A DNA stretch of 63,811 nucleotides, the filler included, from Octopus bimaculoides (lineage: Eukaryota): NCBI RefSeq assembly GCF_001194135.2. It is 6 parts of 6 records of this genome, joined end to end, with 100 filler letters (N's around TTAATTAATTAA, not from the genome) between each part and the next. Parts side by side here need not be neighbours in the genome. Positions count along the whole stretch, not along the records: positions 8,909 to 31,935 come from NC_068984.1; positions 32,036 to 38,752 come from NC_068989.1; 4 more parts are not named here. One strand, given 5' to 3'. Below, in pieces: positions 26,710 to 38,459 of this stretch; the first letter of the stretch is position 1; each line of letters begins with the position of its first letter. The notes beneath the pieces are model-generated. The model did no database searches. It was not told the DNA's origin and saw nothing but the letters and a program-made list of their open reading frames with translations. Made by a program: the position numbers and the translations under genes.

Positions 26710-27107
26710 CACACACACGCGCGTTATTAATGATTGCTTTCACACACATTCTACTCTGCATCTCACTCGCTTTACACCGCTTCTCTAAGTCTTGCTAATC
26801 GTTCCTCGCTCCTCGCCCTTCGCCCTANNNNNNNNNNNNNNNNNNNNNNNNNNNNNNNNNNNNNNNNNNNNNNNNNNNNNNNNNNNNNNNNNNNNNNNNN
26901 NNNNNNNNNNNNNNNNNNNNNNNNNNNNNNNNNNNNNNNNNNNNNNNNNNNNNNNNNNNNNNNNNNNNNNNNNNNNNNNNNNNNNNNNNNNNNNNNNNNN
27001 NNNNNNNNNNATAAGGAGGTAGAGAGAGACAGAGAGAGAAGAGCGAGAGAAAGGTAATGTAAATATATATTTGTATTGTTTATATAAACATGTATGCACA
27101 TACATAA

Positions 27108-27176
<69 letters not shown>

Positions 27177-27184
27177 AAGAGATT

Positions 27185-27223
<39 letters not shown>

Positions 27224-27248
27224 GATGCACACACACTCATACATACAA

Positions 27249-27283
<35 letters not shown>

Positions 27284-27518
27284 CACACACAAACCTACAA
27301 CACACAAACATACATCACACATATACACAAATACATATTTATGTATACCTATGAGCCTTTTAACTGAGTATGTATGCTCCTAAGAAGATAATCTCATGTT
27401 GAGGATTTTGATGTAGTCTTCCCTCATTAGAGAGTTTCATCAAGATAAGTATAAAAACTGTCCATTCTTTGGCACAGTTGTCTGTCCCAGGCACTTTTAT
27501 AACTTTTATAATCAATAT

Positions 27519-27613
27519 TTCGACTGCACGTATTCTAAAATTGGAACGGTACAGAGAAAATTAGCATGGCTCCTGCGCAAGAATGACATGCAAATTCGTG
27601 AAGCGATCCACAT
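27519..27613 (+). pseudogene. U6 snRNA retro-pseudogene
   Basis: 95 nt collinear with U6 from position ~9. I count about 11 mismatches to the vertebrate U6 sequence as recalled. ACAGAGA box and AGC triad are retained. It lacks the first ~8 nt and the oligo-T terminator. Confidence 0.9.
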
Positions 27614-27674
27614 CAGCGGTGCTACAGCATAGTCACAGCCTTAGGGCTGACAAATATAAAAGAATAAAAGAATA
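27614..27674 (+). mobile_element. SINE family B 3' tail fused to the U6 copy
   Basis: CAGCGGTGCTACAGCATAGTCACAG...AAAAGAATAAAAGAATA vs family tail AGGCGGTGCTCCAGCATGGCCGCAG...AAAAGAATAAAAGA. Confidence 0.75.
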
Positions 27675-27954
27675 CTGAGTGCCTCCTAGATTGGAGATGC
27701 ATCTTACGCCGTGCTTAAACCATAGAGAGCTTATGAAGTTGAGAAATATCTCCGTCTCCTCTTTGGAATATCACTCTATAGTCATTTGTTTTTGGTGCTG
27801 ATGTTGTTTAACTCTAGGTCAGCTTTCATAGAGCAGAAATATCAATGTTTTTTATAAAATTATCAAATACCTACAATTCGATGGAAATTTGGCTTTTATT
27901 TCTAGCGGAAAAGGAGGTTCTTTTTGCTGGCACGTCCTACAACAGATTTTATTC

Positions 27955-28385
27955 TTTCATTCTTTTTCTTGTTTCAGTCATTTGACTGTGTCCATGCTGG
28001 AGCACAGCCTTGAAGGGTCTTAGTCAAAGAAATCGGCGTCAGGGTTTATTCTTTGTAAGTGTAGTACTTATTTTATCGGTCTCTTTTGCCGAACTGCTAG
28101 GTTACGAGGACGTAAAAATACCAACATATCAACATTGGTTGTCAAGCGATGATGGGGGACAAACACAGATACAAAGACACACACACACACACACGCATAT
28201 ATACGCATGTGTATGTGTATACGCCAGGCTTCTTTCAGTTTCCGTCTACCAAATCAACTCACAAGACTGGTCAGCCCGAGGCTATAGTAGAAGACACTTG
28301 CCCAAGGTTTCACGCAATGGAATTGAACCCGGAGCCATGTGGTTGAGAAACAAGCTTCTTATCACAAAGCCACGCCTACGCCTAT
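27955..28385 (-). mobile_element. Full-length SINE family B (head, internal microsatellite, tail)
   Basis: Both halves are present around an internal (CA/TA)n. Other copies or halves at ~25010-25130 (+), ~32280-32545 (-), ~35125-35340 (-), ~36405-36780 (-), ~48162-48400 (+), ~60172-60335 (+) and ~63370-63600 (-). Confidence 0.9.
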
Positions 28386-30479
28386 GCAGGTTTAAATTCA
28401 ACAAAGTAAATTCACAAAGCACTAATCAATTATTCAAAGTTAGCATGAATATTAAATTTGGGCATCACTGCAGAGCTTGTATAGCTTGATAGCAAGTACC
28501 ATGTTTTCATTACTTTTGGTGCCTGTGGGTCGCGAGCAGACATAGATACCTCCTCCATCTCTCATTCTTGACCCAGCAGACTGGCCTCCAAAATGTGACG
28601 ACAAGAGTGACAGATGTCTACACCAGTTCCCAGTCTAAGAATTGAACCTTCGGCACCATGACTGTAAGCTGAACACCCTAACAACTAGGCCATGAGCTTT
28701 CATAATTTCCCTAATTAGAGTGGTTATACTTCACATTCCATATGCTTATTTACTGCTTGGATGTTGTTGTTATTGTTTTTGTTGTTGTTGTTGTTGTGGT
28801 TGTTGGTGTTGTTGATGATGATGATGATGATGATGATGATGACGATGATGTACTTATTTAACCCCTACGTCAAAACTGCCTGAGAAAACATTTGATGAAA
28901 TGCGTTCTATCTCATCCTGTGGTTTTGTATCCCTAAAACTAGATTAACAAACGTGTCCTGCCATTTTTTAAGTAACTCCAGTTGCGATCCTCTTCTTCAG
29001 GATATCTAAAACTATTTTTATCTACAGACTCCTTGGCTCATTTAAGACGGCAGTGTAATTTATTTAAGAGAGAGATTTGGCTTATGTTCATTTCAAATTT
29101 TGGCACAAGGGCAGCAATTTCGGGGGAAGGGGTGAGTCGATTACATCGACCCCAGGGATTAACCGGTACTTATTTTATCGACGTCGAAAGGATGACAGGC
29201 AAAGTCGACTTAGGCGGAATTTGAGCTCAGAACGCAAATACGGACGAAATACCGCTAAGTATTTTTCCCAGCCTGCTAATGATGTCGACAGCTTGCCACC
29301 TTAGATTTGGCTCATACTGATACCAGTTCAAACGATTTCGTTCAATTGCTTGCTTGTTTACTTCTAGGTATAGACTCCAGATGAGAGGGCAGCGATATTC
29401 AAAACGAAATAATGTCGCGTCAGTAACACGATACGAATCGTTAACTCAACCAAATCGATAAGTGAACACTATGACGAATTGATCAAATGTAAATATCACT
29501 CACTGTCCTCTGGTTTTCAAGTTCCATTATGTAGTAACTCACGTTGCAACAGTGTGATTTGCCGTTGCCGACGTCTCGTATTTAAAATGAATGAAAACGA
29601 AAATACAATAGGGTTGCTTGTCGCTAGTCTACCCTTGGGTGAGTCGACTGTCTATCACTATATCAACAAAATATGTTTAGAGTTTAATTTTAGTTTCGAT
29701 ACGCATATTACTGTATAGAAGCTCATATTCACAATAAATTTAACTTATGGTGCTAAGTAGTTACGCTATTTATAATTGAAATTGGGTTCTATTTGATAAA
29801 GATGTTAGATCACGTCACACACTAGCTTTCAATGGAAATATGACAGTATTTATATAAGGTGTGAGCTTTCTGGAGCACTGAGGCGTTAAATTAACTGTTA
29901 CAAGGTGTTTTAGCTAAATATATCTCACTTGAATAAAATAGATTTATGTGGAACTATAAAATGAAGTTAAATCTGATAAAATCAGAACCAGCTCAAAGAT
30001 GCGTATATGGTTTATATATGTATATATATATATATATATATATNNNNNNNNNNNNNNNNNNNNNNNNNNNNNNNNNNNNNNNNNNATATATATAGTTATA
30101 CACACACATGCATACACAACACATATACACACACACATATATAATACTATATGTATTTATAGTTTAATATATATTACGCAACATATATTTATGTCTATAT
30201 ATGTATATAAATATTTATCTATCTATCATCTCGATTATCTATCTAGCTAGTTAGCTATATATATGTGTAGAAAGTGAGGTCGGCACTGGATGGGTGCCTC
30301 ACAATTCCTTACATAAACTCGGAAGGAAAATAGCGGAACAAGAATATCTAAACAAATAACAATATTTATTTTCCGTCTGTACAAACGTTACATTTTGGGA
30401 CAATCAGTAGCCAGGTCGCCTTGGTGTGGAAGCAGCAGAATCGGTTTAATCACAATTGTGAAGGCATTCTTCACAGGTT

Positions 30480-30815
30480 AGCCAACGTCGTGTGGCGCCT
30501 TCAATATTTCAGCTACATTCAAAATCAAACGGCGATAAGGAACCGGTGTTATCGGTGTACTCCACTTTAAATTTTATATGTCCATTAATATTTGTGAATA
30601 TATTGTATATTTAACAGTATCCTCGTGAGACGATGTTAATATGAGAATGTCGTCGACATATCAGGCGAAAAAGGCACAGGTGTGACAGCTGTTGAGTGCC
30701 TTTCATTCTAACCGGTCTGTGTATGTGATGGTTAGTAGGCCTGACAAACTTGATCCCAACGACAGTCCAGAGATTAGTTTGTAAATGGATCCTTCGAAAT
30801 GGAAGATGTTGTGTA
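30480..30815 (-). mobile_element. Penelope-like element RT fragment
   Basis: NIFHFEGSIYKLISGLSLGSSLSGLLTITYTDRLE, then YVDDILILTSSHED (30646-30660), then NGHIKFKVEY. Frameshifted. Confidence 0.85.
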
Positions 30816-31575
30816 AGTATATATTTGTATTAGTTATGTATCTATGCGTAGAATTGTTAACGCGTTGGACAAATGTTTAGCGGCATTTCTTCTGACTCTT
30901 TATATCCTGAATTCAAATTCTGAGTTCAACTTAACAGTTCAGCCTTTTGGAGTCGATAAAATAAAGTACTAGTCTAGTACTGGGATCAATGTAATCGACT
31001 GACCCCTTTCTCCAAAAATTGTTGGAGTTGTCTCAATATTAGAAAGAATATTAAAAAGAAGCAACAATAACATAGCTTTTCACAAGTAATGCCTAGTTCT
31101 TCAATTTTATATTAGCTATAATATTGATAACTACCAATGACTCGACTATGAAGATCAATATATTATTGCAATTGTTTCATGAATGGTGCAGGTAGAAATC
31201 GTGAATTGACTACATTTAGGTGTGAGCTTTCTGGAAAGAAATGTAGTAAAAACTAAGATTAGTAAATACCATAATGCATTTAGTTCATCGCTTCACCATA
31301 TATATTAAAACATTGCTGTCAGGATGAAAATTATTAATACTATTATTGAGCCTCGGCTCACTACAAACAGCGGCCAAATCACTTGCAAATTTAACTGTAC
31401 TGACGTAAAAAGAACACAACGGACATATTGGATAATTTTGTTTGACCAGAGTGTTTCTGGTCAAAAGAACAATAAAAATAGCTGCAGCAGCAATAGCAAA
31501 AGCAACGACAACTGCAGCCGTTGCTGTTGTTGTACTTTGTGTTATTCTATCCATTAATCGTAGAATTGGCAGGTC

Positions 31576-31931
31576 AGTTATGTTGTGAGGAAAGTGTAAC
31601 AAACTATCAGCTCATGCGGTGTAGGATGAATATTTCGTTTGAAAAATTAGTTACCCAACCCCGTACCTGTTATATGGACTGTTAGATATGTAATTCGTCT
31701 GACGTTCCGTGTGTCATGTGGTTCGTCTGAGTTCATTGTTTCATTGTTGTTGTCTTGTGGGACTGTCGTAGTAAAATGTCATTGATATATATATGGCGGA
31801 CATGACTTTTGTTTATTCATAACGAACATTGGGTGAGTGCGTTCTTTGTATGTAATTGAACATTAAATGTAATAATTAAATTGTATAACTCGTTATGTTA
31901 TCTCTACGAGTCACCCGAGGGAAACATAACA
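31576..31931 (+). mobile_element. Putative solo LTR
   Basis: Ends (A)GTTATGTT...AACATAACA are inverted, with one mismatch from TG...CA. ATTAAA lies near the 3' end. TSD is not convincing. Confidence 0.45.
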
Positions 31932-32821
31932 GTACNNNNNNNNNNNNNNNNNNNNNNNNNNNNNNNNNNNNNNNNNNNNTTAATTAATTAANNNNNNNNN
32001 NNNNNNNNNNNNNNNNNNNNNNNNNNNNNNNNNNNCATCATTATCCTCCTCCTCCTCCTCCTCATCATCATCACTGTCATCGTTATCAGCAGCAGCACCA
32101 TCACCATCACCAACACCAGTAGCAGTAACAGATCCGCCCCCCCCACCTCACTATACGTTTTCTTTTGGGAACGTTTCGTAAATTAACTAATGTGTCCGTT
32201 CCTTCATGGAAAAAGTAGGGTCAGCCTTATAAGCAAGAGATTTGGCTGCTATTTCTGGCATGTCATGTGATGCGTTAAGGAATCGTCTTTTTTCCTTTAT
32301 CTTATGCTTGTCTCAACATTGGTCTGCGGCCATGCTGGAGCATCGCTTTCAAGGATTCAGTATAACAAATCTACCCCAGGTCTTATTCTCTGTAAGCCTA
32401 GTACTTATCATATCGGTCTCTTTTGCCGAACCGCTATGTTACGGTGACGTAAACGCACCAGCATCGGTTGTCAAGTGATGATGGGGGCGAGGGACAAACA
32501 CAGAACACACACACATACACATATATATATGTCTGTATATACGACGGGCTGGATCTTTTTTAAAACGGGGGCCACATTTTTCATTAATGTTTTACGTAGT
32601 GTTTTTGGTACCGAAAGACTTTCAAACTTCGTATACTTATCTATTTTGTGTTATAGAACAGAAAAATATTTTTGTATTCGAATTTATTTCATGTAAAAAA
32701 TTGTCTTATTTCGATAATTTCAACCAATCACTGACGTCCATTCAGCCGATATACATTAAGTGCCGACTACATAAACAAACGATTCTTCGTTTTATTTGCT
32801 TTTTTCATTTTAAATTTGCTT

Positions 32822-32862
32822 TAACCCTAACCCTAACCCTAACTCTAACCCTAACTATAACC
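32822..32862. repeat. Short degenerate (TAACCC)n tract running into a gap
   Basis: taaccctaaccctaaccctaactctaaccctaactataacc. Confidence 0.85.
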
Positions 32863-33386
32863 NNNNNNNNNNNNNNNNNNNNNNNNNNNNNNNNNNNNNN
32901 NNNNNNNNNNNNNNNNNNNNNNNNNNNNNNNNNNNNNNNNNNNNNNNNNNNNNNNNNNNNNNNNNNNNNNNNNNNNNNNNNNNNNNNNNNNNNNNNNNNN
33001 NNNNNNNNNNNNNNNNNNNNNNNNNNNNNNNNNNNNNNNNNNNNNNNNNNNNNNNNNNNNNNNNNNNNNNNNNNNNNNNNNNNNNNNNNNNNNNNNNNNN
33101 NNNNNNNNNNNNNNNNNNNNNNNNNNNNNNNNNNNNNNNNNNNNNNNNNNNNNNNNNNNNNNNNNNNNNNNNNNNNNNNNNNNNNNNNNNNNNNNNNNNN
33201 NNNNNNNNNNNNNNNNNNNNNNNNNNNNNNNNNNNNNNNNNNNNNNNNNNNNNNNNNNNNNNNNNNNNNNNNNNNNNNNNNNNNNNNNNNNNNNNNNNNN
33301 NNNNNNNNNNNNNNNNNNNNNNNNNNNNNNNNNNNNNNNNNNNNNNNNNNNNNNNNNNNNNNNNNNNNNNNNNNNNNNNNNNNNNN

Positions 33387-33417
<31 letters not shown>

Positions 33418-33716
33418 TACGTGAGCTTCTCAGAAAATCCTATAGGGACACAAACACACACACACACACACATATACACGCACGCACGCACGCACGCACG
33501 CACACACATTAATTTTGCCAGTATAGGTGCAGGTATGGCTGTGTGTTAAGAAGATTGCTTCCAAACCACATGGTTCCAGGCTCGGTCTCACTGCGTTACA
33601 TCTTGGGTGTGTGTCTTCCACTCTAGCCTCCAATCAAAGCCTTGTGATAGGATTTCGTAGACGAAAACTGAAAAAAGCCCCTGCATAGAACATAATATGA
33701 CTGAAACAAGTAAAAG

Positions 33717-34050
33717 CTGAAAGATAAAAAGAATCCCAGTAGTAATGCTTACACCAATCACATTGCTATCTCAAATAAGGAGGCAGAAATACACACCAAC
33801 ATCACCCCATTCTGAAGATGTGACTGTGAAGGTCTGGAAACATTAGTAGTCGATTTGGGAAATATATTGTCCTATGTTGTTGAAATACGTAAAAACTGAG
33901 AGATAAAAGAATTCAGCTGTAGTGCTTACACCATTCACATTCCTCTTGTCTCCAATAACGAGACATCAACACACACCAACATCACTTCATTCTGAAGATG
34001 TGCCTATGAAGGTCTAGAAACTTTAATGGTCGATTTGGGAAACATATTGT
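33717..34050 (+). repeat. Tandem pair of ~180-bp units, each with a hammerhead-like core (PLE pseudo-LTR remnant)
   Basis: CTGAAGA at 33812 and 33992, GAAA at 33837 and 34017, GTC at 33849 and 34029. The period is exactly 180 bp. Confidence 0.7.
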
Positions 34051-34342
34051 TCGAAATTGCAAACAATCCATAGAGAAATATGCAAGAATCTCCGATAAAA
34101 TTAGAATACAATACATTCGTGTATTTGAACGTTTTTCTTTAACGTCTGCGTAAAATTTTATCGTTTTTACATAATTACAATGTTAACGAGTAAACACAAA
34201 TAATTGAGATAAGCGGAGCCGTCATCAAATTGCAATCATTCAAATTTAGTCTGGCTTGGATAATGGACACACTTAAATACATACATACATACATACATAC
34301 GCAAACAGATACATACATACATATATATATGTACATACATCA

Positions 34343-34376
<34 letters not shown>

Positions 34377-34818
34377 CCACACATATTAGTAAGTGTGTGT
34401 GCGTGCGTATACATACACACTGCTGTGATGTTGTGCATAAAGTTATATATATAATCAGAATGGACACTTATAAGCATTTAAGCAAAACACTACCGACTCC
34501 ACCAAGACTCAATTTTACTAAATAAATAGTATAATATACGCATGCATATACAGAGATATATATAGATACAAGCAGACAAATCGGTACGTATACACATGCA
34601 TACGTACATAATTGAAGCCGTATATATTTGTATAGAATTTATATCCTCACAATACGCATATTTAAATATCAATAAATATATGGATGTATATAGAATAAAT
34701 GTATTTATTTTTGTAGGAACATTCATATATGCGAGACACACTCTGTAAATACACAAACAGACAAATATAATAGCATACACAGACACAGACACAACATACT
34801 TGTGAATGTGTATGAATG

Positions 34819-34874
<56 letters not shown>

Positions 34875-35078
34875 TGTATGTGTGTGTGTGTGTATTGCGG
34901 GCAAACATTAATTTGCACTTTTGTAGCTCGTATATTACATCTACATATATACACATTCAAAAGACACTTTTAGAAGCATTCATAGATCATATATTCAAAT
35001 ATGTATATATATATATATATATATANNNNNNNNNNNNNNNNNNNNNNNNNNNNNNNNNNNNNNNNNNNNNNNNNNNNN

Positions 35079-35113
<35 letters not shown>

Positions 35114-35430
35114 TCAATATATATTCTTTTTATTCTTTTATTTGTTTTCGTTATTTGACTGCAGCCATGCTGGAGCACCACCATTAGCCGAACAAATCGA
35201 GCCTATGTCTTATGCTTTGTAAGCTTAGTACTTATTCTATCGGTCTCTTTTGCCGAACTGCTAGTTAACAGGGACCTAAACACACCAAATCGGTCTTCAA
35301 GCGATGATGGGGGTGGGACAAACACAGACACACAAACATGTATATATATAATAATATAAGGATTTACCTTTCGTAATGATATTTAAAAAAAACAAGGCTG
35401 TGTATATTTTAGAACATCTATAAATAGAAG

Positions 35431-35478
35431 GTCTTACATCTGTTTCCAAGATATTTATTATATCCCTTCATCGGAGAC
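35431..35478 (-). ncRNA. Degenerate type I hammerhead-ribozyme-like motif (PLE type)
   Basis: Minus strand: gtct-CCGATGA-a-GGGATA-taataaa-TATCTT-g-GAAA-CAGATG-TA-agac. Stem I (gtct/agac) is perfect. Confidence 0.5.
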
Positions 35479-36609
35479 GGTGTGAGAGGATGGTTAAGCA
35501 ATAGTCAATTTAGATTAGATAGGAAATAGAGAGTGAATGCAGGGATATTGTATTTGTAAGTCTATTGTTTAGGCAGAATGGTATACATATAAGATTCCAA
35601 TACCTTATGAATAAAATCCAATTGTTTTTAAGATTGGTCGTTGATTTGTAAATCTATTATTAAGATTCCAATACCCTATGAGTAAAATCCAACAGTCTTT
35701 GAAATTGGGCATTCCAAACACAGAGTTTATACACAGTGTTATTGAATCAAGTGTTCTGTTTAAATAATATAAATAATATAGATATATATGCATATATACA
35801 TACGTATATGCACATACTTACATCTATACATATACATATATATATATATATATATACATATAAATATACATATATANNNNNNNNNNNNNNNNNNNNNNNN
35901 NNNNNNNNNNNNNNNNNNNNNNNNNNNNNNNNNNNNNNNNNNNNNNNNNNNNNNNNNNNNNNNNNNNNNNNNNNNNNNNNNNNNNNNNNNNNNNNNNNNN
36001 NNNNNNNNNNNNNNNNNNNNNNNNNNNNNNNNNNNNNNNNNNNNNNNNNNNNNNNNNNNNNNNNNNNNNNNNNNNNNNNNNNNNNNNNNNNNNNNNNNNN
36101 NNNNNNNNNNNNNNNNNNNNNNNNNNNNNNNNNNNNNNNNNNNNNNNNNNNNNNNNNNNNNNNNNNNNNNNNNNNNNNNNNNNNNNNNNNNNNNNNNNNN
36201 NNNNNNNNNNNNNNNNNNNNNNNNNNNNNNNNNNNNNNNNNNNNNNNNNNNNNNNNNNNNNNNNNNNNNNNNNNNNNNNNNNNNNNNNNNNNNNNNNNNN
36301 NNNNNNNNNNNNNNNNNNNNNNNNNNNNNNNNNNNNNNNNNNNNNNNNNNNNNNNNNNNNNNNNNNNNNNNNNNNNNNNNNNNNNNNNNNNNNNNNNNNN
36401 CGGTTTACTTTTTATTTCTTTCAGTCATTAGACTACGGCCATGCTGGGGCACCAGGTTGAAGGAATTAATGTCGAATGAATCGACTCCTGTACGTAGGTA
36501 CCTTGTAAAGCCTGATACTTATTGTGTTAGACATCTTGTGCCGAACTGCTAAGTTAACAGACTTAAACGCACCAACACATGTTGTGGAGTGGTGATGGGG
36601 AACAAACAC

Positions 36610-36727
36610 GGGCACCATTGTGAAAAGGAAAAAGACAATCAGCTAGCATTCCTGGACGTATTAATAATACGCACCAAGTATGGATTCAGGACATCCGTAT
36701 CCTGCAAGCCGACCTTCACTGGACGAC
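36610..36727 (+). mobile_element. Penelope-like RT thumb fragment nested in a family B SINE
   Basis: CEKEKDNQLAFLDVLIIRTKYGFRTSVSCKPTFTG. Confidence 0.8.
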
Positions 36728-36838
36728 ACGTCGGAATTATGTGCTTGGGAAACAAACTTCTTATCACACAGCCACTATATCTTACGTGTATAGTTAGATG
36801 CACCACCGATCCTGGTGAATTTAGAGCTCCATATAGAG

Positions 36839-37330
36839 CACGGATGGGGAAACCTCCGCCCACGGGCTGATATGTTCGTATGTACAAAATATAGTAAATT
36901 TTTCAATTATAAAATTTATACAATATTCCTACGCCTATTTGCAACATAGATAGTGTTTCCACTACAACTTAAAATGGTTAGACTCGAACAGAAAATCGTC
37001 CGGTAGTTGCCATTTGAATGGAAATTATGTTTTCACTATAAAACCCATATTGCTAGGTATGTACCAACCCCTTGACACCCAACTACACTCTAGCTGAAAA
37101 ATATAGAATGCCACATAGGTAATATAAACGTCCTAAATTCAGTGGCAGCATTAATGAAGATGTTACGCATTAATTTAATGCCTTAAACTTATCTTTATTA
37201 ATGTATATCGAATTATACATGGATATATACAAGTTCTACACAGATATAAGAGTTAGAACTTGTGATCCACTCGAGGGTCTTTTTCTTTGTAAATTTTTGC
37301 CCGCCGTACAAAAAAGTTTCTCCACCACTG
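36839..37330. mobile_element. hAT (Buster/Charlie-like) MITE
   Basis: TIRs CACGGATGGGGAAAC / CAGTGGTGGAGAAAC. 8-bp TSD ATATAGAG / GTATAGAG (7 of 8 match, central TA). Confidence 0.7.
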
Positions 37331-37535
37331 GTATAGAGTATTATCATCCAGTCTACGTTCAGTAAAGTGGAGTGGTTACAGCTGTATTCACAAGTATTAC
37401 TGGTTAGGAGTGAATAGCAAACGTAGGTAAAGTATGATAAACACAAAATGTAGTCTATATCAAGCAAAGTAGCTTTTTAAAATCTTTATAAGAAATTAAT
37501 GTAGTAACTATACTGAGAAGTAATGTTTATCAATA

Positions 37536-37827
37536 TGACTGTCCCATAGGAACCGACATTACTCCCGGTTTTTTTTTCTTTATATTGCGAGCTGGAGCGA
37601 ATTACTACGATCTCTAGTGGATGGGTGTTCACCACTAATGATGGACACAAAGGGCTCGAAACCGTACGCTCTGGTGATCGCGTCCGTCGTCTGCTAGAAG
37701 AGAGTGGGGGTTCGCTCGACTGCTTGCAATATATATCAGGTGCAGATTGCATTGATAACCAGCTGGAGGAGGCTCCTCCTGGGGTAAAAAAAAAACAGTA
37801 GTATCGTCGATTCCTATGGGACAACCA
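37536..37827. mobile_element. Mariner-type MITE
   Basis: TIRs TGACTGTCCCATAGGAACCGAC / TGGTTGTCCCATAGGAATCGAC, with TA on both flanks. The internal part recurs at ~2885-3020. Confidence 0.75.
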
Positions 37828-38056
37828 TATTGATGTAGTTTATATCATTTATTCTCTACATGCATTTCACAACTGTGTTTATTTGCATTCTCTGCAGTGG
37901 GTGTTCTCAGGGAAACTGGATTCCGAAGCACAATAATTGTGTTGGGGAACACTTTTATTGCTTTATGTTATACAAACCAAATGTTTGAATTTGGACAGAT
38001 GGCAAGAATTAGAGAGCAAAACACAGAGATAGACTCGTTTTACTCTCTTTTTTCTC

Positions 38057-38099
<43 letters not shown>

Positions 38100-38119
38100 T
38101 GATCTTTATTTCCTTTTTG

Positions 38120-38390
38120 GCATACTTATGAAAAGTCTTGCCATCTGCTCAACAGCAGCTACTTGATGAGTCTAGCCTAATACAATGGAGTGTTGCCCCT
38201 GATGAACTATTTGTTCCATGTACTTCTCAAGATTTTTACTCAATGTTCCCAGGGCTCTGACAAAAATATTGGTACTACTGCCACTTTTTTCATCGACCAC
38301 AACTGCTTAACCTCCCAAGCTAACCTGTCATAGCAATCGACTTTTCTTTCTTCCCCATCGCACACCTCGTTGTCACCTGGGCATGCGATT
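38120..38390 (-). mobile_element. 3' end (RLE domain) of an R4/Dong-like LINE
   Basis: IACPGDNEVCDGEERKVDCYDRLAWEVKQLWSMKKVAVVPI..ALGTLSKNLEKYMEQI resembles the C-terminal restriction-like endonuclease region. Confidence 0.75.
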
Positions 38391-38423
38391 ATTATCATTA
38401 TTATTATTATTATTATTATTATG

Positions 38424-38459
<36 letters not shown>

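Noticed and set aside
27519-27613. Functional U6 gene
   Set aside because: It is 5'-truncated, has ~11 substitutions, lacks the oligo-T terminator and is fused to a SINE tail.
30618-30812. Plus-strand exon suggested by TTTAACAG...GT|GTAAGT
   Set aside because: All three plus frames are closed, and the segment is explained by a minus-strand Penelope RT.
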